A DNA stretch of 64,000 bases from Gaiellaceae bacterium (GTDB lineage Bacteria > Actinomycetota > Thermoleophilia > Gaiellales > Gaiellaceae), in NCBI GenBank assembly GCA_035457655.1, contig DATIBF010000053.1:23182-87181 (forward strand). Reading direction: 5' to 3'. Below, one piece after another: positions 19,173 through 27,992 of the stretch. Both the position numbers and the translations under genes were made by a program. Numbering within the stretch: the first letter of the stretch is position 1; each line of letters begins with the position of its first letter. Below the pieces are notes generated by a model, which was given only the letters and a program-made list of their open reading frames with translations, ran no database searches and had not been told where the DNA came from.

Positions 19173-19331
19173 ATGCTGAGCGCGCTCGTCCTCGCCGCCG
19201 AGAAGACCCCGGCCGAGGAAGGGAAGGACATCATCGTCGCCATGCTCGTGGTCGGGCTGATCTTCTGCAGCGTCATCGCGCTCGGCCAGCTCGGCCGCTG
19301 GCTCGGCCACCGCCGCAGCCGGAGTCACTGA
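19173..19331 (+). CDS. Small membrane protein (52 aa), hypothetical
   Basis: MLSALVLAAEKTPAEEGKDIIVAMLVVGLIFCSVIALGQLGRWLGHRRSRSH. One TM helix with a positively charged tail. Below the length cut-off of the ORF track. Sits 35 nt upstream of the UbiD-family gene. Confidence 0.35.
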   Translation: MLSALVLAAEKTPAEEGKDIIVAMLVVGLIFCSVIALGQLGRWLGHRRSRSH

Positions 19332-19365
19332 GCCTCAGGAGACTCGCCCGGATAGACTCGAACCG

Positions 19366-20850
19366 GTGGCTGTCGCCGATCTTCGCTCGTGGATCGACCT
19401 GCTCAGGCGGGAGGGCGAGTTGGTGGAGATCGAGGCCGAGGTCGATCCGCGCCTCGAGATCACCGAGGTCACGGACCGCGTCGTCAAGGCCGGAGGCCCC
19501 GCGCTCCTCTTCCGGAACGTCAAGGGCTCCGAGCTGCCGCTTCTCATCAACCAGTTCGGGACCGAGCGGCGCATGTGTCTCGCCTTCGGGGAGGAGAGCC
19601 TGGACGCTGTGGCCCGAAAGCTTGAGGACGTGCTCGAGATGCAGCCGCCGCAGGGGCTCGTCGAGAAGGTCAAGGGCCTCGGCAAGCTCAAGCGTCTCGC
19701 GGACTCGATGCCGAAGTCCGTCTCGCGCGGCGCGTGCCAGGAGCTCGTACTCGAACCGGACCTCGACGCCCTCCCGATCCAGCACTGCTGGCCCGGAGAC
19801 CCGGCGCCGTTCATCACGCTCCCGGCGGTGATCACGAGAGATCCGCGCACCGGCGTACGCAACGTCGGCATGTACCGGATGCAAAAGATCGACTCGCGCT
19901 CCACGTACATGCACTGGCAGATCCACAAGGACGGACGCGCCGACTGGCTCGCCGCGGAGGGCTCGATCCCGGTCGCCGTCGCGCTCGGGCTCGACCCGGT
20001 GACGGCGTACTCGGCGAGCGCCCCGCTCCCGAAGCACATCGACGAGCTCATGCTCGCCGGCTTCCTGCGCGGAGAGGCCGTGGAGACCGTGAAGTGCAAG
20101 ACCGTGGACCTCGAGGTCCCGGCCAACGCGGAGATCGTCCTCGAGGGGACGATCGAGGCGGGCGACGTCGGCACCGAGGGCCCCTTCGGCGACCACACCG
20201 GCTACTACTCGCCGCCGGAGCCGTTCCCGGTCTTCCGGCTGAGCGCAATGACGATGCGCCGGGACGCCGTCTACCCCTCCATCGTCGTCGGAATCCCGCC
20301 CGCCGAGGACGCCTGGCTCGGCAAGGCGACGGAGCGCATCTTCCTCCCCGCGATCCGCATGACCGTTCCCGAGATCGTCGATTACGACCTCCCCGTCGCC
20401 GGGGCGTTCCACAACTGCGTGCTCGTCTCGATCCGCAAGGCGTTTCCCGGCCACGCGCGGAAGGTCATGCACGCGATCTGGGGCCTGGGGATGCTGAGCC
20501 TCTCCAAGTCCGTGGTCGTCGTCGACGAGTTCGTCGACGTGCATGACTACGAGCAGGTCTTCTTCCACGTCTGCGCGAACGTCGACCCGAAGCGCGACGT
20601 GCTTCTGAGCGAGGGGCCGCTCGACCAGCTCGATCACGCGGCCGTGCTGCCCTGCTTCGGCGGTAAGCTCGGCATCGACGCGACGCACAAGCTGCCGGAG
20701 GAAGGGGCGCGCGAGTGGCCCGAGCGGATCGAGATGGCTCCCGAGGTTCGTGACACCGTCGACCGGCGTTGGGAGGAGTACGGGATTGGCTCTCCGCAGG
20801 CCTCGAACGGGCGAATTTCCCAGGTCTTGAGGCAAAAGGTACGTCGTTGA
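19366..20850 (+). CDS. UbiD-family decarboxylase (menaquinone-biosynthesis decarboxylase type associated with the futalosine route)
   Basis: LRSWIDLLRREGELVEIEAEVDPRLEITEV, PALLFRNVKGS, GMYRMQ and GPFGDHTGYY. Confidence 0.95.
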   Translation: MAVADLRSWIDLLRREGELVEIEAEVDPRLEITEVTDRVVKAGGPALLFRNVKGSELPLLINQFGTERRMCLAFGEESLDAVARKLEDVLEMQPPQGLVEKVKGLGKLKRLADSMPKSVSRGACQELVLEPDLDALPIQHCWPGDPAPFITLPAVITRDPRTGVRNVGMYRMQKIDSRSTYMHWQIHKDGRADWLAAEGSIPVAVALGLDPVTAYSASAPLPKHIDELMLAGFLRGEAVETVKCKTVDLEVPANAEIVLEGTIEAGDVGTEGPFGDHTGYYSPPEPFPVFRLSAMTMRRDAVYPSIVVGIPPAEDAWLGKATERIFLPAIRMTVPEIVDYDLPVAGAFHNCVLVSIRKAFPGHARKVMHAIWGLGMLSLSKSVVVVDEFVDVHDYEQVFFHVCANVDPKRDVLLSEGPLDQLDHAAVLPCFGGKLGIDATHKLPEEGAREWPERIEMAPEVRDTVDRRWEEYGIGSPQASNGRISQVLRQKVRR

Positions 20851-20917
20851 CAGAGACGAGCGCCCAGCGAAAGAATGCCGACGCTTGTAACAGCGAGGGC
20901 TGGCAGAAGGGAGCCGT

Positions 20918-21841
20918 GTGGCCGACGAGCTAGAGCGGCCAGGGGAGACCCCAGAGCACGAGGACGCTGAGGCCCACCTCCCATCGCCGACGATCTGGCC
21001 GTTCGCCTTCGCGGGTGCCGTCGCGCTCATCCTGCTCGGGCTGATCGTCAACGCGTGGGCGACGGTGATCGGCGTAGCCCTTGCCGTCGTCTTCGGCTTC
21101 CTCTGGATCCGCCAGGTCACCCACGAGGTCCGCGGCGAGCCGGAGCCCATCGAGGCGCCGGCGCCGCCGACGGTCGAGCCCGAGGCGGAGGAGGAAGGCC
21201 CGCCGCGCTACGAACGTTCGAAGTTTCTCGAGGGAGCGACGATCGGCATCGGCGCTGCTATCGGCGCAATCGTCACGCTGCCGGTGCTCGGCTTCGCCGT
21301 GGCCCCGGCCTTCGTCGACCAGGACTACCCCGAGGTCGACCTGGGGCCGCTCGACGAGTACCCGGAAGGCGAATGGCTGATCGCCACCTTCACGTCGATC
21401 CCCGACGACGGAAAAATCTCGAGACGCACCGCCTTCGTCCGCTACAACGGCATGCAGGACAGCGTGCCGAGCTTCTCCATCCTCTCGAACCGCTGCGTGC
21501 ACCTCGGCTGTCCGACCCAGCCGCAGGGTCCCTCCGGCGAGACGCGCGAGCTCGAGGGCGTTCCGGTCGTGCTGACGCCGACCCAGCCCTCCGGCTACGG
21601 CTGTCCCTGCCACGGCGGCGCTTACGACGTGGAGGGAAACCGGACGGCCGGGCCGCCGGTCCGCGCGCTCGACCGCTACGAGTACTCGATCGTGGAGGGG
21701 AGGCTCGTGCTCGGCTCGCCGTACAGCGTCGCGGAGGTCGAGGGCGAGGGCGCCGACGCCGTGATCGTCAAGTACTCGCCTTCCGACCCGGGCGTCCACG
21801 TGGACGGGCCGGAGCAGTACCTCTACCCCTACGTGCCGTGA
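20918..21841 (+). CDS. qcrA: Rieske [2Fe-2S] subunit of a menaquinol:cytochrome c reductase (bc/b6c-type)
   Basis: The cluster ligands are CVHLGC and CPCHGGAY. A TM anchor precedes them, plus an extra N-terminal two-helix extension. Confidence 0.9.
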   Translation: MADELERPGETPEHEDAEAHLPSPTIWPFAFAGAVALILLGLIVNAWATVIGVALAVVFGFLWIRQVTHEVRGEPEPIEAPAPPTVEPEAEEEGPPRYERSKFLEGATIGIGAAIGAIVTLPVLGFAVAPAFVDQDYPEVDLGPLDEYPEGEWLIATFTSIPDDGKISRRTAFVRYNGMQDSVPSFSILSNRCVHLGCPTQPQGPSGETRELEGVPVVLTPTQPSGYGCPCHGGAYDVEGNRTAGPPVRALDRYEYSIVEGRLVLGSPYSVAEVEGEGADAVIVKYSPSDPGVHVDGPEQYLYPYVP

Positions 21842-21851
21842 GGGCCCGCTG

Positions 21852-22667
21852 ATGGCGCGAGCGAAGTCGAAGCGGAAGCAGCAGCTCGAGCACGCCTTGC
21901 TCGTCCCGGTCGACTGGCTCGAGGAGCGCTCGGGCCTCGTCGGGGGGCTCAAGTACTTCCTCTTCCGCAAGGTCCCGCGCGACACGAACTGGTTCCACAC
22001 GCTCGGGTCGGCGACGCTGACAGCGTTCATCGTGCAGCTCGTCACCGGTGTCGTGCTCGCCTTCTACTACAAGCCGTCGCCGAACGAGGCCTATGCGTCG
22101 ATTCAGTACATCACCAACGACTTGACGCTCGGCTGGCTCGTCCGCGGGATGCACCGCTGGGGGGCGAGCGTCTTCATCATCCTGCTCTTCCTGCACATGG
22201 GGAGGGTCTTCCTCTTCGGCGCCTACAAGTACCCGCGCGAGCTCAACTGGCTCCTGGGCGTGCTCCTCCTCGTGCTCGCCATGCTGGAGGGCTTCACCGG
22301 CTACCTGCTCCCGTGGGACCAGACGGCGTACTGGGCGACCGTCGTCGGCATCAACCTGAACGCGACGGCGCCGTTCCTCGGGCCCTTCCTCTCCGACTTC
22401 CTGCGCGGAGGTCAGGAGATCGGCACCGACACGCTCGCGCGCTTCTATTCGATGCACATGCTGCTCATACCAGGTGGTCTGATCGCCCTGATCACGCTGC
22501 ACCTCTACCTCGTCATCCGCCTCGGCGTCACCTCGCCGCCCTGGTCGAAGGAGGCCGCCGGCGACGAGCGGAAAGAGGTCAGCACCGCGAAGCGAGGCCT
22601 GCTCGAGCCGCGGCCGCGGGGCGACGGCGGCGTGGCGACCGACGTGCGGGGCCGGCCCGAGGCGTGA
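21852..22667 (+). CDS. qcrB: Cytochrome b subunit (b6-like, N-terminal four-helix half)
   Basis: WFHTLGSATLTAFIVQLVTGVVLAFYY, MHRWGASVFIILLFLHM, GYLLPWDQTAYWAT and YSMHMLLIP. Confidence 0.95.
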   Translation: MARAKSKRKQQLEHALLVPVDWLEERSGLVGGLKYFLFRKVPRDTNWFHTLGSATLTAFIVQLVTGVVLAFYYKPSPNEAYASIQYITNDLTLGWLVRGMHRWGASVFIILLFLHMGRVFLFGAYKYPRELNWLLGVLLLVLAMLEGFTGYLLPWDQTAYWATVVGINLNATAPFLGPFLSDFLRGGQEIGTDTLARFYSMHMLLIPGGLIALITLHLYLVIRLGVTSPPWSKEAAGDERKEVSTAKRGLLEPRPRGDGGVATDVRGRPEA

Positions 22668-22671
22668 GCGC

Positions 22672-23487
22672 ATGAGTAACCCGCAAGAGCGCGCCTATTT
22701 CAAGCGCTACAAGGAGGACGTCGAGCGCGAGGGGAAGCCTTTCTTCCCGTACGCGATGTTCCACGACACGGTCATGAGCCTCGTCGTGGTGTGCGTCATC
22801 GTCGCGCTGGCGTGTGTGTGGTACTTCACGTCGGGCGAGGAGGCGGGCGACGCGGGCATCCTCGGGCCGCGCTACACGGAGGAGGCGGACCCGGGGACGA
22901 CCTCGTTCGTGCCGCGCCCCGACTGGTACTTCTACTTCCTCTTTTACCTGCTGCGGATCTTCAAGTGGCCCGAGTCGGTCGTGCTCGGCACGGTCGGCAT
23001 CCCCACGATCGCGCTCATCCTGCTGCTCGTGCTGCCGTTCGTCGACCGGCGCCGCGAGCGGCGGCTCGTGCGCCGGCCGGTGGCGGTCGTCGGGGCGCTC
23101 CTCGTCATCGCCTCGATGGGCATCCTCACCTACAGGGGCGCGACCGCGGAGGAGTCGCTCGCGTCCGAGGCCGTCGAGCAGGTGGACGCATGGGTCGAGG
23201 CGCAGGGGCTTTCGGAGGAGGGCGCAGAGGGTGCTGCGCTCTTTGCAGAGCTCGGCTGCCTGAACTGCCACACCTACCTGGACAGCGGGGCCTCCCAGCT
23301 CGGTGCTCCCGATCTCTCCGAGATCGGCGCCACGGGACAGACCGCGGAGGAGTTCGCAGCGTACATCGCCAACCCGGCCGAGTTCGGCAACAACGTCATG
23401 CCCGCCTACGAGGACCAGGGTGAGGAGATCCTGCTGCTCGTCGGCACGTTCCTCGAAGAGTCGAAGGGCGAGGGCGGCGGCGAGTAG
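22672..23487 (+). CDS. qcrC: Subunit IV-like (cytochrome b C-terminal half) fused to a mono-haem cytochrome c domain
   Basis: RPDWYFYFLFYLLR (PEWY-type motif), three TM helices, and a C-terminal CLNCH haem c site. This is the same architecture as Bacillus-type QcrC. Confidence 0.9.
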   Translation: MSNPQERAYFKRYKEDVEREGKPFFPYAMFHDTVMSLVVVCVIVALACVWYFTSGEEAGDAGILGPRYTEEADPGTTSFVPRPDWYFYFLFYLLRIFKWPESVVLGTVGIPTIALILLLVLPFVDRRRERRLVRRPVAVVGALLVIASMGILTYRGATAEESLASEAVEQVDAWVEAQGLSEEGAEGAALFAELGCLNCHTYLDSGASQLGAPDLSEIGATGQTAEEFAAYIANPAEFGNNVMPAYEDQGEEILLLVGTFLEESKGEGGGE

Positions 23488-23503
23488 CGCCGCCTGGCGC
23501 GCC

Positions 23504-24088
23504 GTGAACATCTTCTTGGGAGTGACAGGCGCCTCCGGCGCGCCTTACGCCGCGCGCCTCCTGCAGGCGCTCTCCGCGGCGGGCGCCGAGATGGGGCTCT
23601 GCATCTCGGATGCCGGCGTGCAGGTCTGTGCGACCGAGCTCTATGGCGACATCTCGCTCGGCCGCGAGGAGGTGACCTCTCGGCTCGTCGAGGGTCTTGA
23701 CGGCGTGGAGGTGGTCGGACTGCGCGACTATACGACCCCGTACGCGAGCGGGTCGGCGCGCGTCGACGGCTACGTCGTCTGTCCCTGCTCGATGTCGACC
23801 GCGGCGAGCATCGCCGCGGGCGCGATGGCGAACCTCGTCCACCGTGCCGCGTCGGTCGCCTTGAAGGAGGAGCGGAAGCTCGTGCTCGTCCCCCGCGAGA
23901 CGCCGCTCTCGGCGATCCACCTCGAGAACCTCCTGCGCCTCCGGCAGGCGGGGGCGACGGTCGTCATGGCGGCCCCGGGCTTCTACCATGCTCCCCAAAC
24001 CATCGACGATCTGGTCAACTTCGTCGTGGCGCGATGTCTCGATCAGCTGGGAATCGACCAGACGCTCGTCAGCCGGTGGGGGCAGTGA
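23504..24088 (+). CDS. ubiX: UbiX-family flavin prenyltransferase
   Basis: NIFLGVTGASGAPYAARLL, VCPCSMSTAASIAAGAMANLVHRAA and LVLVPRETPLS. GTG 23504 is in frame with listed ORF 23303. Confidence 0.9.
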   Translation: MNIFLGVTGASGAPYAARLLQALSAAGAEMGLCISDAGVQVCATELYGDISLGREEVTSRLVEGLDGVEVVGLRDYTTPYASGSARVDGYVVCPCSMSTAASIAAGAMANLVHRAASVALKEERKLVLVPRETPLSAIHLENLLRLRQAGATVVMAAPGFYHAPQTIDDLVNFVVARCLDQLGIDQTLVSRWGQ

Positions 24089-24771
24089 GCCCCGGCACGC
24101 TCGCACCCGCGGCCGTCGAGGCCATGTTCGATCGTGTCTCGCCCGTCTACGACGCGATGAACCGGCTGATGACAGCGGGCCTCGACGGCCGCTGGCGGCG
24201 GCTCACGGCGCGCGCCGCCGTGCGTCCCGGTGACAGAGTGCTCGACGCCTGCTGCGGGACTGGCGACCTCGCGCTCGAGGCGCAGCGGGCGGGCGGGCGC
24301 GTGACCGGGGTCGACTTCTCCGAGCGGATGCTCGAGCGTGCCCGTCAGAAGTCCGCCGCCGTCGAGTGGATCCACGGCGACGTGCTCGCGCTGCCCTTCC
24401 CGGACGGGAGCTTCGACGCGGTTACGGTCGGCTTCGGGATCCGGAACGTCGCGGAGCTTCAGCCGGGGCTAGGCGAGCTGGCCCGCGTGCTTCGCCCCGG
24501 CGGACGCCTCGGCTGCCTGGAGATAACGCGTCCGCGCGGAGCGCTTCGCCCCTTCTTCGCCGTCTGGTTCGACGGGCTCGTGCCACTGGCCGGGAAGGTG
24601 CTGCCGGGCGGCTCCGCCTACGCGTACCTGCCGGCGAGCGTGCGCCGCTTCCCGGGGCCGGAGGACCTCGCCGGGGCCATGCGCAGCGCCGGGTTCGGCG
24701 AGATCGGCTGGCGCCTGCTCGGCGGAGGAATCATCGCGCTGCACGTGGCGACGAGGAGCACCCCCGCGTGA
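24085..24771 (+). CDS. ubiE: Demethylmenaquinone/ubiquinone C-methyltransferase
   Basis: MFDRVSPVYDAMNRLMTAGLDGRWRR, VLDACCGTGDL and FGIRNV. GTG 24085 overlaps the ubiX stop (GTGA). ATG 24034 is an alternative start. Confidence 0.9.
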   Translation: MSPGTLAPAAVEAMFDRVSPVYDAMNRLMTAGLDGRWRRLTARAAVRPGDRVLDACCGTGDLALEAQRAGGRVTGVDFSERMLERARQKSAAVEWIHGDVLALPFPDGSFDAVTVGFGIRNVAELQPGLGELARVLRPGGRLGCLEITRPRGALRPFFAVWFDGLVPLAGKVLPGGSAYAYLPASVRRFPGPEDLAGAMRSAGFGEIGWRLLGGGIIALHVATRSTPA

Positions 24772-25688
24772 CCGCCCTGGCGACCGTCCGCGCGGCCCCG
24801 GGGCTGGACGCCTACCTCGAGCTCCTCGAGGCGCGGCTCGAGCGCTCCGTCGGGTCGCACCCGGGTCGCGTCGGAGAGATCGGCACCGACACTCTCGCTG
24901 CCGGGGGCAAGCGTCTGCGTCCCGTGCTCGTCTTCCTCTGCACGCCGGCGGAGGAGCGAACCGGCGAGGGGGCGGTGGCCAGCGGCGCCGCCGTCGAGCT
25001 CGTGCACATGGCGACGCTCGTCCACGACGACCTCCTCGACGGCGCCGACCTCCGCCGCGGCCGTCCCACGGCGTGGGCCGAACACGGTGCCGGCGCGGCG
25101 AAGGCGACGGGCGACTATCTCTTCGCACGGGCGTTCGCCGAGTTGGCGGGCACGAGAGACGCCAACGCCGTCGTCGTCCTTGCCGAAGCGACCCTGGCGC
25201 TCGCGCGCGGCGAGGCGCTGCAGCGCCGGCAAGCCTTCAGGCCCGACACGACCGTCGACGAGTACCTCACCCGCTGCTCACTGAAGACGGGGAAGCTCTT
25301 CGAGGCAGCCTGTGTCCTGGGCGGCGGAGGCGAGGAGCTGGGCGCCTTCGGGCTCGCTCTCGGAGTCGCCTTCCAGATCGCCGACGACATCCTCGACTGC
25401 ACGGGCGACTTCGACACGACCGGCAAGGCACCGGGGGTCGACCTGCGCGACGGGACGCCGACTCTGCCGCTCATCCTCGCCGCCCGCGAGGACGAGGGCA
25501 TCCGCCGTGCTCTTGCGGGCGAGCGGGTCGACGGTGCCCTCGAGCGGGTAGCGGGCACCGGTGCGATCGAGACCGCCCGCGGCTTCGCCCTGGAGTTCGC
25601 CGCCCGGGCGCGCGCCGCCCTCGACGGCGAGCCCGACCGTGCCTCCCTGGAGGCCCTCACTCATCTCGTCGTGGACCGGGACGGCTAG
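24768..25688 (+). CDS. Long-chain polyprenyl diphosphate synthase (HepT/IspB-like)
   Basis: GGKRLRPVLVFL, first Asp-rich motif LVHDDLLDGADLRRGRPT and second motif FQIADDILD. GTG 24768 overlaps the ubiE stop. Confidence 0.9.
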   Translation: MTALATVRAAPGLDAYLELLEARLERSVGSHPGRVGEIGTDTLAAGGKRLRPVLVFLCTPAEERTGEGAVASGAAVELVHMATLVHDDLLDGADLRRGRPTAWAEHGAGAAKATGDYLFARAFAELAGTRDANAVVVLAEATLALARGEALQRRQAFRPDTTVDEYLTRCSLKTGKLFEAACVLGGGGEELGAFGLALGVAFQIADDILDCTGDFDTTGKAPGVDLRDGTPTLPLILAAREDEGIRRALAGERVDGALERVAGTGAIETARGFALEFAARARAALDGEPDRASLEALTHLVVDRDG

Positions 25689-25696
25689 GGGCACCG

Positions 25697-26803
25697 ATGG
25701 CCACCCAGACGCAGCAAACCGCGCTCGACGAAATCTGGGAGAAGGTGGAGGCGAACGAGCGCCTCGATCTCGAGGACGGGCTGACGCTGATGGAGTCCGA
25801 CGACCTCCTCCAGCTCGGTGAGCTGGCGGACAGGGCCCGCCGGATCCGCGGCGGGACCGACGAGGTCTACTTCGTCCAGAACCTGTACCTGAACCAGACG
25901 AACGTCTGCCGCGTGAAGTGCAAGTTCTGCGCCTTTGCCGTCACGCAGAAGCAGGCCGACGCCTACACGATCAACCCGCAGGAGCTCGTCGAGGACGCGC
26001 TCCGGCAGCGCGAGCGCACCGGGTTCACCGAGATTCACATGGTGAACGGGGAGAACCCGCACGTCGGCTTCGACTTCTACGTGGACACGATCCGGTTTCT
26101 TCACGAGGCGATGCCGGACGTGCACCTCAAGTGCTACACGGCGAGCGAGATCCACCACATGACGAAGCTCTCCGGGCTCTCGCACGAGCAGGTCCTGGTC
26201 GAGCTCAAGGCCGCAGGCCTCGGCTCGCTTCCTGGGGGTGGTGCCGAGGTCTTCGCGGAGCGCGTGCGCCGGCTGATCGCTCCCGGGAAGGAGCACCCCG
26301 ACTTCTGGTTCCACACCCATCGGACGGCCCACGGGCTTGGCATCCCGACGCACTGCACGATGCTCTACGGCCACGTCGAGACCTACGAGGAGCGTGTCGA
26401 CCACCTGCTCCGCCTGCGCGCGCTGCAGGACGAGACAGGCGGCTTCCTCGCCTTCATCCCGCTCGCGTTCCATCCCGAGAACACGGTCTTCGAGCGGCGC
26501 GGGTGGACGCACACCGCCGGCTCCGACGACCTGAAGATGATGGCCGTCTCGAGGCTCGTCCTCGACAACGTCGAGAACGTGAAGGCCTACTGGATCATGA
26601 TGGGCATGCCGCTTGCGGCCGTCGCGCTCCACTTCGGGGCGAACGACGTCCAGGGCACGGTGGTGCGCGAGGAGATCTTCCACGCGGCCGGCGCGACGAC
26701 GGAGACCGAGCAGAAGATCGAGGAGCTCGTCCGCTTCGTCCGGGAGACGGGGCGGATCCCGGTCCAGCGCGACACCCTGTACAACGAGCTGCGGCGATGG
26801 TGA
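25697..26803 (+). CDS. mqnE: Radical-SAM futalosine-pathway enzyme, most likely aminofutalosine synthase MqnE
   Basis: NQTNVCRVKCKFCAF (CxxxCxxC), TEIHMVNG, YTASEIHH, TMLYGHVET and RLRALQDETGGF..FIPLAF. The E versus C assignment rests on remembered family signatures and on the other paralogue sitting next to mqnA. Confidence 0.8.
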   Translation: MATQTQQTALDEIWEKVEANERLDLEDGLTLMESDDLLQLGELADRARRIRGGTDEVYFVQNLYLNQTNVCRVKCKFCAFAVTQKQADAYTINPQELVEDALRQRERTGFTEIHMVNGENPHVGFDFYVDTIRFLHEAMPDVHLKCYTASEIHHMTKLSGLSHEQVLVELKAAGLGSLPGGGAEVFAERVRRLIAPGKEHPDFWFHTHRTAHGLGIPTHCTMLYGHVETYEERVDHLLRLRALQDETGGFLAFIPLAFHPENTVFERRGWTHTAGSDDLKMMAVSRLVLDNVENVKAYWIMMGMPLAAVALHFGANDVQGTVVREEIFHAAGATTETEQKIEELVRFVRETGRIPVQRDTLYNELRRW

Positions 26804-27006
26804 TGTTGAGCCAGACGATTCCGGCGCTTCCCGTCCGAGACGCGCCGGCCGCTGTCGACTTCTACTGCGGCCGGCTGGGGTTCGACGTTCTGCACCCCGC
26901 GGCGCGTGACGGCGTGGCCGACCCCGAGTACGGCGCCCGAGAAGTGGCAACGATCGACCTCGACGGGAACCTCATCGTCTTCTTCGAGTGGGACGACGCG
27001 AGTTGA
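26797..27006 (+). CDS. 69-aa VOC (glyoxalase/bleomycin-resistance) superfamily mini-protein or remnant
   Basis: MVMLSQTIPALPVRDAPAAVDFYCGRLGFDVL....GAREVATIDLDGNLIVFFEW. This is a single beta-alpha-beta-beta-beta module. ATG 26797 overlaps the mqnE stop (ATGGTGA). Confidence 0.5.
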   Translation: MVMLSQTIPALPVRDAPAAVDFYCGRLGFDVLHPAARDGVADPEYGAREVATIDLDGNLIVFFEWDDAS

Positions 27007-27139
27007 CACGCTTCTGGGCCAGCCGGTTCCACACGCGTGCGGAAACCCGCATTAGGCTGGAGCCGAGCAGGGGGCGGGCCGGGACCCGAAGTTACTCGCG
27101 TCTAACGGAGATGCGAGACCGCCTGGAGGCGGTGCGCTC

Positions 27140-27904
27140 GTGATCCGTCTCGGACGCATCTCCTACGTGAACATGGCGCCCGTCTTCCACCGGCTCGACG
27201 CGGACGTCGAGGAGATTTCGGGCGTCCCCACCGAGCTGAACGCACGCCTGCTGGCGGGCGAGATCGACCTCGCACCGATCTCTTCCATTGAATACGCGCG
27301 CCACGCCGACCGGCTGCGGTTGTTGCCCCGCCTCTGCGTGTCCTCCGAGGGGGCGGTCGACTCCATCCAGCTCGTCTCGCGCATTCCGCTCGAGCACGTC
27401 GATTCGGTCGCCGTCACTCCGGAGAGCGCGACGTCGGTCGTCCTGACGAAGGTGCTCCTGCCGGAGGCCCTCCTCGTGCCGCTCGGGAAGAAGGCCGAGG
27501 CGAAGCTCTTGATCGGCGACGCGGCGCTGAGGAGCGCCTTCGAGGACCCCACGCCCCACTACGACCTCGGAAAGCTTTGGCTCGAGCGGACCGGCCTGCC
27601 GATGGTCTTCGCGGTCTGGGCCTGCCCCGACCCTCCTCCTCCGGGCGTCCTCGAGCTCGAGGAGGCGCTCGTCTCATCCGTCCGCCTCGCGCGCTCCGAG
27701 CCCGAACGCCTCGCCTACGAGGCGAGCAGCGAGTACGGCTACCCGGCAGGCTTCCTCGCCCGCTACTTCGAAAAGCTCCGCTACAGCTTCGGCCCGCGCG
27801 AGCGCGCCGGGCTGATCACGTTCTTCGAGCTCGCGCGCGACGTCGGCGAGCTGGAACGGGTGCCCGAGCTCCGCTTCGTCCTCCCGGAGGCGGTCTCGGC
27901 ATGA
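27140..27904 (+). CDS. mqnA: Chorismate dehydratase MqnA
   Basis: RLGRISYVNMAPVFHRL, ELNARLLAGEIDLAPISSIEYA and PMVFAVWA. GTG start with GGAGG 10 nt upstream. Confidence 0.9.
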   Translation: MIRLGRISYVNMAPVFHRLDADVEEISGVPTELNARLLAGEIDLAPISSIEYARHADRLRLLPRLCVSSEGAVDSIQLVSRIPLEHVDSVAVTPESATSVVLTKVLLPEALLVPLGKKAEAKLLIGDAALRSAFEDPTPHYDLGKLWLERTGLPMVFAVWACPDPPPPGVLELEEALVSSVRLARSEPERLAYEASSEYGYPAGFLARYFEKLRYSFGPRERAGLITFFELARDVGELERVPELRFVLPEAVSA

Positions 27905-27927
27905 CCGTCCCTCGCCTTCGGCTGAGT

Positions 27928-27958
27928 CCCGTGGGGGAAACCATTTTCCCCCCACGGG
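27928..27958 (+). promoter_or_regulatory. Intercistronic hairpin between mqnA and mqnC (about 13 bp with one bulged C, 4-nt loop)
   Basis: CCCGTGGGGGAAA-CCAT-TTTCCCCCCACGGG lies 24 nt after the mqnA stop and 35 nt before the mqnC ATG. Confidence 0.45.
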
Positions 27959-27992
27959 CTCCCTTCTCCCACGCTCATAAGCCAGGTGGCCC

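Noticed and set aside
27007-27139. The 133-nt gap upstream of mqnA, considered as a possible riboswitch or leader.
   Set aside because: Only small hairpins are present (TGCGG-AAAC-CCGCA). I recognise no known riboswitch core motif, and none is known for the futalosine pathway.
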